A stretch of 55,924 nt of DNA from Gammaproteobacteria bacterium (GTDB lineage: Bacteria > Pseudomonadota > Gammaproteobacteria > JABDGN01): assembly GCA_034112285.1 (NCBI GenBank), contig JAWUVP010000035.1, forward strand, positions 1 through 55,924, given 5' to 3'. The translations under genes and the position numbers were made by a program. The number at the start of each line of letters is the position of its first letter. Position 1 is the stretch's first letter. The notes below the pieces were generated by a model, which was not told the origin of the DNA, did not search any database, and saw nothing but the letters and a program-made list of their open reading frames with translations. This document shows positions 8,479-19,680 of this stretch, in pieces.

Positions 8479-8511
8479 TTTAATGCTGGCTTAACCTTGC
8501 TTTGATATAAT
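8479..8511 (+). promoter_or_regulatory. PmrA-box-like tandem repeat plus -10 element
   Basis: TTTAATGCT-GG-CTTAACCTT-N7-TATAAT. Confidence 0.65.
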
Positions 8512-8550
8512 GGAAACCATAGAACAATAATTAGGGATAGAGATAGTGAT

Positions 8551-9672
8551 ATGCAATACAAATTAAACCTACACAAAGAAAAAAATTCGGTATCAACCGC
8601 ACAGAAATCTTCAGCAATAAGCCATGAGATCCCAAACGATAAATTAACAACCTGTGCCCCTATTAAAAAAGGCGATTTCATAATACGGACACCTAGCTCC
8701 GACACACCTTTTTCAGTAATCAAAGTGGTCCATATAGAAAAAAACCGTATAGATTATGCGCCTATTGGAACAGACCCAATTGACTTTCTTGTTATCAAAG
8801 CCTATACCAGCATGCCTCCACAGGCACACCGCCATTTCAAAAAATGGAACATGACGGAAGAACAGCCGCATCAGCAGTCTATCAATTTACAAAACAAAAA
8901 TTTAGAACGATTAGAAATTTTTAAAACACGCGATCTTAATTATTTAGCCCATGTTTTATGGGACTTACGTGTTAAGCGTAGAGTCAGTGGCTACTTATTT
9001 ATTTGTCCTAGGCAACAACAACGCCTAAGAGAGTTAAATACTCCAAACGGTAAGCGCCACATGAACACTTTATTAAAAAGATGCGGATCAATTATTAAAG
9101 ATCCAGGCGTACACCGCAACAGAGTCTTAAACGCAGTCACCATGTTTGGCCTTACCGTATCAAGCATAACCGACTTTCCTGGCATGACATTTGTGTGGAA
9201 CCGTGTTTTTGACAAGTTGAAAAATGAGATATCAGAACATTACGCCGCTATCGACAGGGAAACACTCGCCTCCACCAGCACGCCCAGCACACCCAAAATG
9301 AGAGCGCAAACAGAAACCAATATGTCTAAATTACTTGAAGCGATTGCAAGAGATTACTGGGAAACCATGCGCTTATATGAGCTAGAACTGAATGGACAAA
9401 GCCTTAAAAAACCACTAACTGAAGAAGAGACGAATAACGTTCGTGCTTTACGGTTCGAAGCAAAATACAATGTGCGCGGTGCGATAGACATGCTAAGAGA
9501 AGTCCTAAATTTGATGGAATCAGATTTAGATAAAATGAAAACAACCAGTGCTAAGCCGCTAAAAGTGCATGAGCTGCCACCTCAAACACCGGCTGCGTCA
9601 CAAAGAAGAAGATACAAAATTGGGGATTCAGATTATCTAACCCCACCTAGGCCCACCGTCCCTGGAGCTTAA
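8551..9672 (+). CDS. Orphan protein with CarD/CdnL-like segments, candidate effector
   Basis: 373-aa ORF; KKGDFII..VVHIEKNRI..DFLVIK and NLERL..RDLNYLAHVLWDL resemble CarD N- and C-domains by eye. Confidence 0.65.
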   Translation: MQYKLNLHKEKNSVSTAQKSSAISHEIPNDKLTTCAPIKKGDFIIRTPSSDTPFSVIKVVHIEKNRIDYAPIGTDPIDFLVIKAYTSMPPQAHRHFKKWNMTEEQPHQQSINLQNKNLERLEIFKTRDLNYLAHVLWDLRVKRRVSGYLFICPRQQQRLRELNTPNGKRHMNTLLKRCGSIIKDPGVHRNRVLNAVTMFGLTVSSITDFPGMTFVWNRVFDKLKNEISEHYAAIDRETLASTSTPSTPKMRAQTETNMSKLLEAIARDYWETMRLYELELNGQSLKKPLTEEETNNVRALRFEAKYNVRGAIDMLREVLNLMESDLDKMKTTSAKPLKVHELPPQTPAASQRRRYKIGDSDYLTPPRPTVPGA

Positions 9673-9712
9673 CCATGGATGGCAATAGCCAAGGCATAAA
9701 TAACACTAACTC

Positions 9713-9743
9713 TGAGAAAACATTACAAAAAAATGTTTTCTCA
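9713..9743. terminator. Hairpin between convergent genes (possible terminator)
   Basis: TGAGAAAACATT-N7-AATGTTTTCTCA. Confidence 0.45.
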
Positions 9744-9752
9744 CGCTGTGCA

Positions 9753-10229
9753 TTAAAACATACCCAGTTCTAACCTTGCCGCTTCACTCATGCGCTCTTG
9801 CGTCCAAGGTGGATCCCACACAATTTCCACTTCTGCCGTGTCCACATCTTCAGCTGCCGTTACCGCGCCTTCCACCATGCTAGGAAACAAATGCGCCACA
9901 GGGCAGCCGGGAGCGGTTAAGGTCATAACAATAACCACGTGTTGCTCAGGTTTAATAATTATTTTATAAATCAAACCCAAATCATAAATATTCACCGGAA
10001 TTTCAGGGTCATAAACCGTGGCCAATTTGGCAATGACTTGGCGGGCAACATTGGCGTCACCTTCTACTTCACAAAACAAATCATCGGTCGCAGACTCTAA
10101 AGTCAACGGCGTGGGCTTGTCTATGGGTTCATTGACCGACAAAAATTCATCCACAACTTTTTGCTTGGTTAATTTGGGCTCAATAACCGACAACATTTCG
10201 TCTGTTACTGGCGGGGGCGTTTCACTCAT
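9753..10229 (-). CDS. sufT: SUF system Fe-S assembly protein (DUF59/SufT/PaaD-like)
   Basis: VYDPEIPVNIYDLGLIY, MTLTAPGCPVA, VWDPPW. Confidence 0.9.
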   Translation of the reverse strand: MSETPPPVTDEMLSVIEPKLTKQKVVDEFLSVNEPIDKPTPLTLESATDDLFCEVEGDANVARQVIAKLATVYDPEIPVNIYDLGLIYKIIIKPEQHVVIVMTLTAPGCPVAHLFPSMVEGAVTAAEDVDTAEVEIVWDPPWTQERMSEAARLELGMF

Positions 10230-10240
10230 GTTTTCACCTT

Positions 10241-10687
10241 TTATTCCGTTGTTGCCGCAGCATTACCTTCTAAAGCAGCTAATAAAGTATGCCACGCTAA
10301 GCTCGCGCACTTTACCCGCGAAGGGTATTTGTTAACGCCCGCTAAAATAATTAACTTTCCTAAATTTTCGTGATTTGCATCAGGGCTTTTCGTCACCATG
10401 TCGGTAAACTCACTCATGGCCTCTTTTGCTTGCGTAACCGTTTTATCTTTTAAAAACTGGCTCATTAACGAGGCCGACGCGGTTGAGATGGCACAGCCCT
10501 CGCCAGTGAATTTCACCGCCGTAATCACATCGTTTGCATCTACTTTTAAATATAGACTTAGCTCATCACCACACAAGGGATTAAAACCATCGGCTTTATG
10601 GCTGCAATCTAGCATTTCACCGCTATTACGCGGTTTAGTGCCATGATCAATAATCACCTGTTGATATAATTCTTGTAATTCATTCAT
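10241..10687 (-). CDS. sufU: SUF system NifU-family protein
   Basis: LYQQVIIDH, NPLCGD, GCAISTASAS, RVKCASLAW. Confidence 0.93.
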   Translation of the reverse strand: MNELQELYQQVIIDHGTKPRNSGEMLDCSHKADGFNPLCGDELSLYLKVDANDVITAVKFTGEGCAISTASASLMSQFLKDKTVTQAKEAMSEFTDMVTKSPDANHENLGKLIILAGVNKYPSRVKCASLAWHTLLAALEGNAAATTE

Positions 10688-11906
10688 TATTAAACATCTC
10701 TTGTACTTTACGGATACCCGCCATCAGCGCATCGACTTCTTCTACCGTATTATAAATTGAAAATGACGCGCGCACCGTAGCAGGCACTTTAAAAAATTTC
10801 ATTACCGGCATAGCGCAATGATGCCCTGTGCGCACCGCAATGCCTTGGCTATCTAAAATAGTACCTAGATCATGCGGGTGAATGCCTTGAATCACAAACG
10901 ATAAAATACTGGCTTTATTCGCCGCGGTGCCAATTAAGCGCATACCCGGCATCTGCTCTGCCTGCTCGGTTGCATAGGCCAGTAATTGCTGCTCATAGGC
11001 CTGAATAGCAGGTATGCCTAAGCGATTAATATAATCAATGGCCGTGCCTAAACCAATGGCGCCCACAATGTTGGGTGTGCCGGCTTCAAACTTATTAGGA
11101 ATAGGCGCATACGTGGTTTTTTCAAAGCTCACTTGGCGAATCATATCGCCCCCGCTTTGATACGGCGACATAGCGTTTAACAATTCTGCTTTGCCATATA
11201 AAAACCCTACACCCGTAGGGCCAAATAATTTATGCCCCGAACACGTGTAAAAATCACAGTCCATGGCTTGCACGTCAACGAGGGTCATAGCCAGCGCTTG
11301 GGCGCCGTCAATTAAAATTTTGGCGCCAACCGCATGTGCCATTTTCGTCATTTGGGCAACGGGGTTAACCGTTCCCAACGCATTAGAAATATGATTCACA
11401 GCCACTAATTTTGTTTTGGCTGACAGTAAGGCGGCAAACTCATCCAGCATAATTTCGCCTTGCTGGTTGATGGGTGCAACTTTCAATATTGCCCCGGTTT
11501 GCTCACATAATATTTGCCAAGGCACAATATTGGAGTGATGCTCAAGCGCACTAATAACAATCTCTTCACCCGCTTTAATAAATTGGCGACCAAAACTTTG
11601 CGCCACCAAATTAATGGCTTCCGTTGTACCTCGGCAAAAAATAATCTCTTCAACTTGGGCGGCATTAATAAACGTTTGGCAAGTTTTCCGCGCTTGCTCA
11701 TAGTCGGCCGTTGCCGCTTCACTTAAAGCATGCACGCCACGGTGAATGTTGGCGTTAATTTTTTGGTAATAATGCGTAATGGTATCAATCACGCAATTCG
11801 GCTTTTGCGTGGTGGCCGCATTGTCTAAATAAACTAATGGGTTGCCATTAATTTGTTGATCTAAAATAGGAAAGTCGGCGCGAACAGCTTGCACATCAAA
11901 AATCAT
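10680..11906 (-). CDS. sufS: Cysteine desulfurase SufS
   Basis: YLDNAATTQKP, EHHSNIVPWQ, SGHKLFGPTG, RTGHHCA. Confidence 0.95.
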   Translation of the reverse strand: MIFDVQAVRADFPILDQQINGNPLVYLDNAATTQKPNCVIDTITHYYQKINANIHRGVHALSEAATADYEQARKTCQTFINAAQVEEIIFCRGTTEAINLVAQSFGRQFIKAGEEIVISALEHHSNIVPWQILCEQTGAILKVAPINQQGEIMLDEFAALLSAKTKLVAVNHISNALGTVNPVAQMTKMAHAVGAKILIDGAQALAMTLVDVQAMDCDFYTCSGHKLFGPTGVGFLYGKAELLNAMSPYQSGGDMIRQVSFEKTTYAPIPNKFEAGTPNIVGAIGLGTAIDYINRLGIPAIQAYEQQLLAYATEQAEQMPGMRLIGTAANKASILSFVIQGIHPHDLGTILDSQGIAVRTGHHCAMPVMKFFKVPATVRASFSIYNTVEEVDALMAGIRKVQEMFNNE

Positions 11907-13165
11907 AACATCAACTCCTGTAGCTGTGCATCGGCCACAAACCAGTGCGCTAAATGTTGGGTGAAAAAAGCTTGTATTGTTTCATCCTCAATTTTTTCCA
12001 CTACGTCATGGGCAAAACCAAAGGTTAATAATTTCTCGGCTATCTCTAAACTAACACCACGTGATTGCATATAAAATAGGGCTTTATCATCTAACTGCCC
12101 TACCGTGGCGCCATGCGCACACTTCACGTCGTCGGCATAGATTTCTAATTCGGGTTTGGTGTCAATTTCACATTCTCTAGAGAGCAGTAAGTTAGCATTG
12201 TGTTGCGCAGAATCAACTTTTTGCGCATCCGCTTGCACCAACACACGGCCGTTAAAGACACCGTGAGCTTTATTATCCAGCACGCCTTTATAGAGCTCGT
12301 TACTAAAAGTATGTGCACAGGCATGCTCAATCACCGTGTGGTTATCCATATGTTGCTTGTCACGCGCCAAATAAGCACCGAACAATTCACATTGCGCTTG
12401 CTCTGCTAATAATGCGGTGTGTAAATCATTACGGACAAACTTACCCCCTAAATCCAAATTGAAACTGGTTAAGGTACTACTCGCCGCTTGTTGCACACTA
12501 ATAAACGCCGTGTGTTTTGCCGCCAGCGCTTCTTGTTGCAATTTATAATAATGTAAATGACTTTGCCCAGCGAGCTTCACTTCAGTAACGCTATTACGCC
12601 AGTAATCAAGCTCGTCGTTGGCGCTAATATATTGCTCAATAACACTAACTTTAGCGGCAGCATCTAGCTTAATTAAATTGCGCGTGTGAACCACTTGGTC
12701 AGCGTCTAAATCAGTTGCTAGCTGTATAATATGAATCGGTTTATCAACGGCGCTGCTCACCTGTAAGTAATATCCCTCGGTAAATAACAAGGTGTTCAAA
12801 GCCGTAAAGCCGGCTTCAGCCATCGGCACAGCCGTGCCGAGCTCAGGCGCTTGGTCAATAGGGACTAATCGCACCCCGGCAATATTCAACTCTGCTTGCA
12901 ATTGCCCATTAATAATTAATATTTGATGCGCCTCTGCCAACCAAGCTTGCTGTGTGCCAGCAGCTGTGGATGCAGTGGCAGGCCGATATACTTCACGTAA
13001 TAAAGATTTAGGATTGCTGTATTTCCACTTCTCGGTTTTTAAAGCCGGAAAGCCAAAAGCTTGCAAATCATTCGCGGCTTGTTCGCGCAACGCCACAAAC
13101 CCCGCACGCGGTGTCTGCTCGGCTTGCTCTAAATATTCTTCAACATGTTGAAAACTTGCTCTCAT
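11903..13165 (-). CDS. sufD: Fe-S cluster assembly protein SufD
   Basis: EKWKYS, VFNGRV, DTKPELEIYADDVKCAHGATVG. Confidence 0.95.
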   Translation of the reverse strand: MRASFQHVEEYLEQAEQTPRAGFVALREQAANDLQAFGFPALKTEKWKYSNPKSLLREVYRPATASTAAGTQQAWLAEAHQILIINGQLQAELNIAGVRLVPIDQAPELGTAVPMAEAGFTALNTLLFTEGYYLQVSSAVDKPIHIIQLATDLDADQVVHTRNLIKLDAAAKVSVIEQYISANDELDYWRNSVTEVKLAGQSHLHYYKLQQEALAAKHTAFISVQQAASSTLTSFNLDLGGKFVRNDLHTALLAEQAQCELFGAYLARDKQHMDNHTVIEHACAHTFSNELYKGVLDNKAHGVFNGRVLVQADAQKVDSAQHNANLLLSRECEIDTKPELEIYADDVKCAHGATVGQLDDKALFYMQSRGVSLEIAEKLLTFGFAHDVVEKIEDETIQAFFTQHLAHWFVADAQLQELML

Positions 13166-13197
13166 ATATTTACTCTATTTCGTTTGTACCCTTCCTT

Positions 13198-13306
13198 GCC
13201 GTAGCGAGGAGCGTAGCGTTATAAAAATCTTCCCCCGTCATAGCGACGCGGCAATCTCCACATTTAACACGAGATTGCCGCGCCCTGCGGGCTCGCAACG
13301 ACGGGG
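13198..13306. repeat. Palindromic REP/RPE-like element, copy 1
   Basis: GCGAGGAGCGTAGCG...CGCGGCAATCTC-N12-GAGATTGCCGCG...CTCGCAACGACGGGG between sufC and sufD. Confidence 0.75.
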
Positions 13307-13342
13307 CTTTTTGTTCACCCGCTCCCCATCGCCAAAATCCCG

Positions 13343-14092
13343 TTATGCAGCCTCAGTATTCAACCAGCCATAACCTTCTTTTTCTAATTCTAGGGCTAAT
13401 TCTTTACCGCCTGATTTAACGATCTTGCCGTCAGCAAGCACATGCACAAAATCAGGCTCAATGTAATCTAACAAACGCTGGTAATGCGTCACCACAATAA
13501 AGCTACGCTTTGAGTCACGCAATTTGTTCACCCCATCGGCGACAATTTTTAACGCATCAATATCAAGGCCTGAATCGGTTTCATCTAAAATGGCTAACTT
13601 AGGTTCCAGCAGTGCCATTTGCAAAATTTCATTACGCTTTTTTTCACCCCCAGAAAAGCCGACATTCACATCGCGGTACAAAAATTTCTCTGGCATTTTT
13701 AATTCTTTAACTTTGCTTTTGATCAAAGCAATAAAGTCCATCGCATCTACATCCTCTTCACCCTGATGCTTGCGAATAGCGTTATAAGCCGCACGCAAAA
13801 AATAAATATTCGTTACCCCAGGAATTTCCACCGGATATTGAAAAGCCAAAAATAACCCTTCACGCGCCCGCATATCTGCCTCGAGCTCAAATAAATCCTT
13901 ATCTAAAAATTCCACAGAACCTTTAGTCACGTCATACCCAGGTCGCCCCGCCAAAACATTACCCAAGGTGCTCTTACCGGCCCCATTAGGCCCCATAATC
14001 GCATGCACTTCTCCAGGATTAACCTCAAGATTAAGCCCCTTCAAAATGTCCTTACCTTCAACTCCAGCATGTAAATCATTTACTTTTAACAT
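13343..14092 (-). CDS. sufC: Fe-S cluster assembly ATPase SufC
   Basis: GPNGAGKST, AFQYPVEIPG, FSGGEKKRNE, LDETDSGLDID; an alternative GTG start lies at 14101. Confidence 0.95.
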   Translation of the reverse strand: MLKVNDLHAGVEGKDILKGLNLEVNPGEVHAIMGPNGAGKSTLGNVLAGRPGYDVTKGSVEFLDKDLFELEADMRAREGLFLAFQYPVEIPGVTNIYFLRAAYNAIRKHQGEEDVDAMDFIALIKSKVKELKMPEKFLYRDVNVGFSGGEKKRNEILQMALLEPKLAILDETDSGLDIDALKIVADGVNKLRDSKRSFIVVTHYQRLLDYIEPDFVHVLADGKIVKSGGKELALELEKEGYGWLNTEAA

Positions 14093-14187
14093 AAAAATCA
14101 CTCTCTAATAACAAATTCAAATAGCGATGCGTCAGCGAGCCTAACATCACACTCCACAACCCCAGGGCGCAGAAGCCCGAGCCCAAA

Positions 14188-15636
14188 CTACCCCACAGAC
14201 CCCTCTAAACTAATCCCCAACAACTTCTGCGCTTCAACCGCAAACTCCATCGGTAACTCGCGCATCACTTCCTTACAAAAGCCATTCACAATCATAGACA
14301 CCGCATCTTCCATATCCAACCCGCGCTGCTGACACAAAAACAACTGATCATCACTAATTTTAGACGTCGTTGCTTCATGCTCAACCTTAGCTGTAGGATT
14401 TTTCACTTCCATATAAGGAAACGTATGTGCGCCACATTTATCACCGACCAACATAGAATCACACTGCGTATAATTGCGCGCATTTTCTGCGCCTTTATTT
14501 ATTTTCACTAAACCGCGGTACGTATTTTGCCCGCGCCCAGCAGAAATGCCTTTAGCAATAATGGTGCTGGTGGTATTTTTTCCCAAGTGATACATTTTAG
14601 TGCCTGTATCGGCTTGCTGACATTTATTGGTTAGCGCAACCGAATAAAATTCACCCACAGAATTGTCACCTTGCAAAATCACACTCGGATATTTCCAAGT
14701 GATCGCCGAGCCGGTTTCTACTTGCGTCCAGGAAATTTTAGAACTTTCACCGCGGCAAGCACCCCGCTTAGTCACAAAATTAAAAATGCCACCCACGCCG
14801 TTTTCATCGCCCGGGTACCAGTTTTGCACCGTAGAATATTTAATTTGCGCCCTCTCTAACGCCACAATCTCGACCACCGCCGCATGCAATTGATTTTCAT
14901 CACGCATGGGCGCCGTGCAACCTTCTAAATAACTCACATACGCATCATCGTCAGCAATAATTAATGTACGCTCAAATTGTCCGGTGTTAGCCGCATTAAT
15001 ACGAAAATAGGTCGACAACTCCATAGGGCAACGCACACCTTTAGGAATGTACACAAACGTGCCATCACTAAACACCGCCGCATTTAACGCCGCAAAGAAG
15101 TTATCACCCGCAGGTACCACAGAGCCTAAATATTTTTTAATCAATTCAGGATGCTCTTGCACCGCCTCTGAAAACGAACAAAAGATAACACCTTCTTTAG
15201 CCAACTTATCTTTAAAGGTAGTGGCTACCGAGACACTATCAAACACCGCATCCACCGCCACGCCGGCCAAGAACTGTTGCTCCAATAAAGGTATGCCTAA
15301 TTTTTCATAGGTGCGTAACAATTCAGGGTCTACATCATCTAAGCTTTTAGGGCCATCGGTTGGTAACTTAGGCGCGGAGTAATAAATAATAGTTTGATAA
15401 TCAATCGGTTTATATTTCAATTGCGCCCAGGCATGAGGCTCTGTCATAGTCAGCCAATGGCGGTAGGCTTTTAAACGCCATTCCAGCATAAACTCGGGCT
15501 CATTTTTTTTGGCAGAAATAAGGCGCACCACGTCTTCACTCAAGCCGGGCGCAATAGTGTCACTTTCAATGTCGGTAACAAAGCCATGTTCATAATCTTT
15601 ATTGATTAGCTCATTTAACTGTTGCTCACTACTCAT
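14188..15636 (-). CDS. sufB: Fe-S cluster assembly protein SufB
   Basis: [36 protein letters not shown]; no intein. Confidence 0.97.
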   Translation of the reverse strand: MSSEQQLNELINKDYEHGFVTDIESDTIAPGLSEDVVRLISAKKNEPEFMLEWRLKAYRHWLTMTEPHAWAQLKYKPIDYQTIIYYSAPKLPTDGPKSLDDVDPELLRTYEKLGIPLLEQQFLAGVAVDAVFDSVSVATTFKDKLAKEGVIFCSFSEAVQEHPELIKKYLGSVVPAGDNFFAALNAAVFSDGTFVYIPKGVRCPMELSTYFRINAANTGQFERTLIIADDDAYVSYLEGCTAPMRDENQLHAAVVEIVALERAQIKYSTVQNWYPGDENGVGGIFNFVTKRGACRGESSKISWTQVETGSAITWKYPSVILQGDNSVGEFYSVALTNKCQQADTGTKMYHLGKNTTSTIIAKGISAGRGQNTYRGLVKINKGAENARNYTQCDSMLVGDKCGAHTFPYMEVKNPTAKVEHEATTSKISDDQLFLCQQRGLDMEDAVSMIVNGFCKEVMRELPMEFAVEAQKLLGISLEGSVG

Positions 15637-15644
15637 ACTTTAGC

Positions 15645-16082
15645 TCACTTATAAAACGTTAGTGGAATTTCATTCCGGTTCAATGGACGGCACATTTGCT
15701 GCAAGGAAATATTTTGCAGCACATTGGCAATAACTTTACTAATAGTCATCCAATTATCTTTGACTTCACAGTCAGCTTCAATGGCGCAAGAGCCCTGAGC
15801 TTTTTCGCATTCAGTCATGGCTATTTCACCATCTAAAATGTTCACAATATCAGCCAGTGAAATATCATCGGCCGATTTAGCCAACAAATAGCCACCCTGG
15901 CTACCCTGCTGTGATGACAGCAAGCCAGCCTTGGTCAACAGCTTCAATACTTTACTCACCGTGGGCTGAGAAACCTGGGTTTTTTCTGCCAGCTCAGCCG
16001 CGCTAAACATGTGCTCGGGCAGCGCATGCATGGCGAGTAACATTTTAGTGCCGTAATCGGCAATTTTACTGATGCGAATCAT
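15645..16082 (-). CDS. sufR: Rrf2-family SUF system regulator
   Basis: MIRISKIADYG, PTVSKVLKLL, GSQGGY, C-x5-C-x5-C; heads the suf operon; start re-called at 16082. Confidence 0.85.
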   Translation of the reverse strand: MIRISKIADYGTKMLLAMHALPEHMFSAAELAEKTQVSQPTVSKVLKLLTKAGLLSSQQGSQGGYLLAKSADDISLADIVNILDGEIAMTECEKAQGSCAIEADCEVKDNWMTISKVIANVLQNISLQQMCRPLNRNEIPLTFYK

Positions 16083-16103
16083 ATAGGACCAAATTTGTGC
16101 TAT
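16083..16103. promoter_or_regulatory. Probable Rrf2 autoregulatory operator
   Basis: Imperfect palindrome ATAGGAC-N7-GTGCTAT between a minus-strand TTGATT-16-TATCAT promoter and the ATG. Confidence 0.55.
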
Positions 16104-16239
16104 TTCCATTGTATGATACCTGGCTGAGCTAAAAAATCAATCAGTTAGTGTTGTTAACCTTAACTAAAAATTGCCATACAGCTCTAACGCCTTCCCTATA
16201 TCAAGCGTCTAGTACCTGTGTAATCAAGGCTTTCAAGAG

Positions 16240-16373
16240 TTATTAACAAATTCTGTGGATAACTTTGTGGATAGCCTTGGCTCAAAGCTCTCACTGCCCT
16301 ACAAATGATGACGACCCTGCGCTTGTCTATTTTTTGTGCATACAAAAAATAGTTATTTCAAATCAATGAGTTA
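16240..16373. promoter_or_regulatory. DnaA-box trio plus Fis and IHF sites (DARS2-like)
   Basis: TTATTAACA (16240), TGTGGATAA (16254), TGTGGATAG (16266); Fis-like GTCTATTTTTTGTGC (16325); IHF-like AATCAATGAGTTA (16361). Confidence 0.6.
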
Positions 16374-16640
16374 GGGGAATAATGAAATAGGAATTCATTA
16401 GAATATCTGTGGGACAGATCTATTATGCATTCTCATGCAAAATTGTGTACAACTTATGTCAAAAAACATATTACAAAATGCAAATACTTGCAAATGGAAG
16501 CAAGAAGTCAGTATTTTGAGGGGCTGCCAGGCGAATGTCTCACAGGATGGCAGGCAAAAAGCGCAACGTCAGAACAGTTATTGCCGCATACACAACCTGC
16601 CCTAACGCCAAGATCTCATTCGCACAATCTGCTACACTAG

Positions 16641-18689
<2,049 letters not shown>

Positions 18690-18702
18690 GAGTCCATTTT
18701 TT

Positions 18703-18884
18703 CGAGGAGCGGAGCAATCCTGCTCACCCATTAATCTCGTCGTTGCAAAGAGCATAGCGACCCTGCGCACCCATCTCGTCGTTGCGAGGAGCGCAGCGAC
18801 GTGGCAATCTCTTGCCGCTATCGCACTCTATTTTAAGCATACAATTGCCTGCAGAAGATTGCCGCGTCGCTCCTCGCAACGACG
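18703..18884. repeat. Palindromic REP/RPE-like element, copy 2, with two decayed tandem left arms
   Basis: Left arms at about 18703, 18738 and 18777 (CGTCGTTGCGAGGAGCGCAGCGACGTGGCAATCT); right arm AGATTGCCGCGTCGCTCCTCGCAACGACG at 18856-18884. Confidence 0.8.
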
Positions 18885-18934
18885 TACTTTTTTTCACCCT
18901 CCGCCCTGAAAAAGCCCCCCCCTCAACCCATCCT

Positions 18935-18967
18935 GTTAATCTGTACTTAATTTCACCCCTGTATACT
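18935..18967 (+). promoter_or_regulatory. PmrA-box-like tandem repeat plus -10 element
   Basis: GTTAATCTG-TA-CTTAATTTC-N7-TATACT. Confidence 0.55.
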
Positions 18968-19029
18968 GATTAAAATAGAACAAACGAGAGCTAACACTCA
19001 TTTAATAAATCATAATAAAGACTCAGTTT

Positions 19030-19675
19030 ATGTATACATTCCACGACATGATTAAAATCGCTAGAACCAGAGCAATAGAATTTGATCTGAGCGAAAAACT
19101 TGATGATTTAGTTGGTCTCGTTGAGTATAAAGACAAGCAATGCTTCACCACTCCAGCCGGCTGGCTGGCTTATTTTTAAAGGTAAGATTGGTAATGCCTT
19201 GTATTTAAGCCGTCAATATCCTCATAACATGAAGATATCAGGTTTTCTTTGCTCATAACGGAAGCAGACTTATGCATAAATGTCACACATTTCGGAGCCT
19301 ACCCGACAGGACCCTGTGAAATAGGCGCATGGGAGTTAGCCTCTCTACTGATGTCCGAAAAGCCAGCAATTAAGGAGATACAATATCTACTTTTTCCCAG
19401 ATAGCCAGTATTCGTATATTCACTGCTATTTACCTACATTTTGTGAAGCTAGTATTGTTATGCTTTTGTTATTAATCAGGCATAGAAAAATCAACAGGCC
19501 GGAGCACGTTTTAGAAATAGAGCGCTTTCCCCTTGAACTGTCCGAGCTAATCTTAAATAGTCTGTATGAGTTATCAGGTGGGAATCATTACTTTGAAGCA
19601 ACAGGCTGGAAAAATGCAGCAACTCATGCAAGAAAAGAAGCTATTGAACGCCCACGCTATTTTTCATTAGAATAA
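19030..19675 (+). pseudogene. Fragmented orphan gene with an F-box-like C-terminal motif
   Basis: ATG at 19030 (MYTFHDMIKIAR..., 49 aa) stops in a T-run; protein-like reading continues in shifted frames; last piece LLLLIRHRK...FPLELSELIL. Confidence 0.5.
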
Positions 19676-19680
19676 CTAAC

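Noticed and set aside
10110-10210. Short internal duplication in the SufT N-terminus (VTDEMLSVIEP / VVDEFLSVNEP)
   Set aside because: Real but confined to a variable, probably disordered extension; no functional inference possible.
18703-18884. CRISPR array (39-bp periodic repeats)
   Set aside because: Only 2-3 degenerate units with no unique spacers, no cas genes, and they are arms of a dispersed palindromic repeat.
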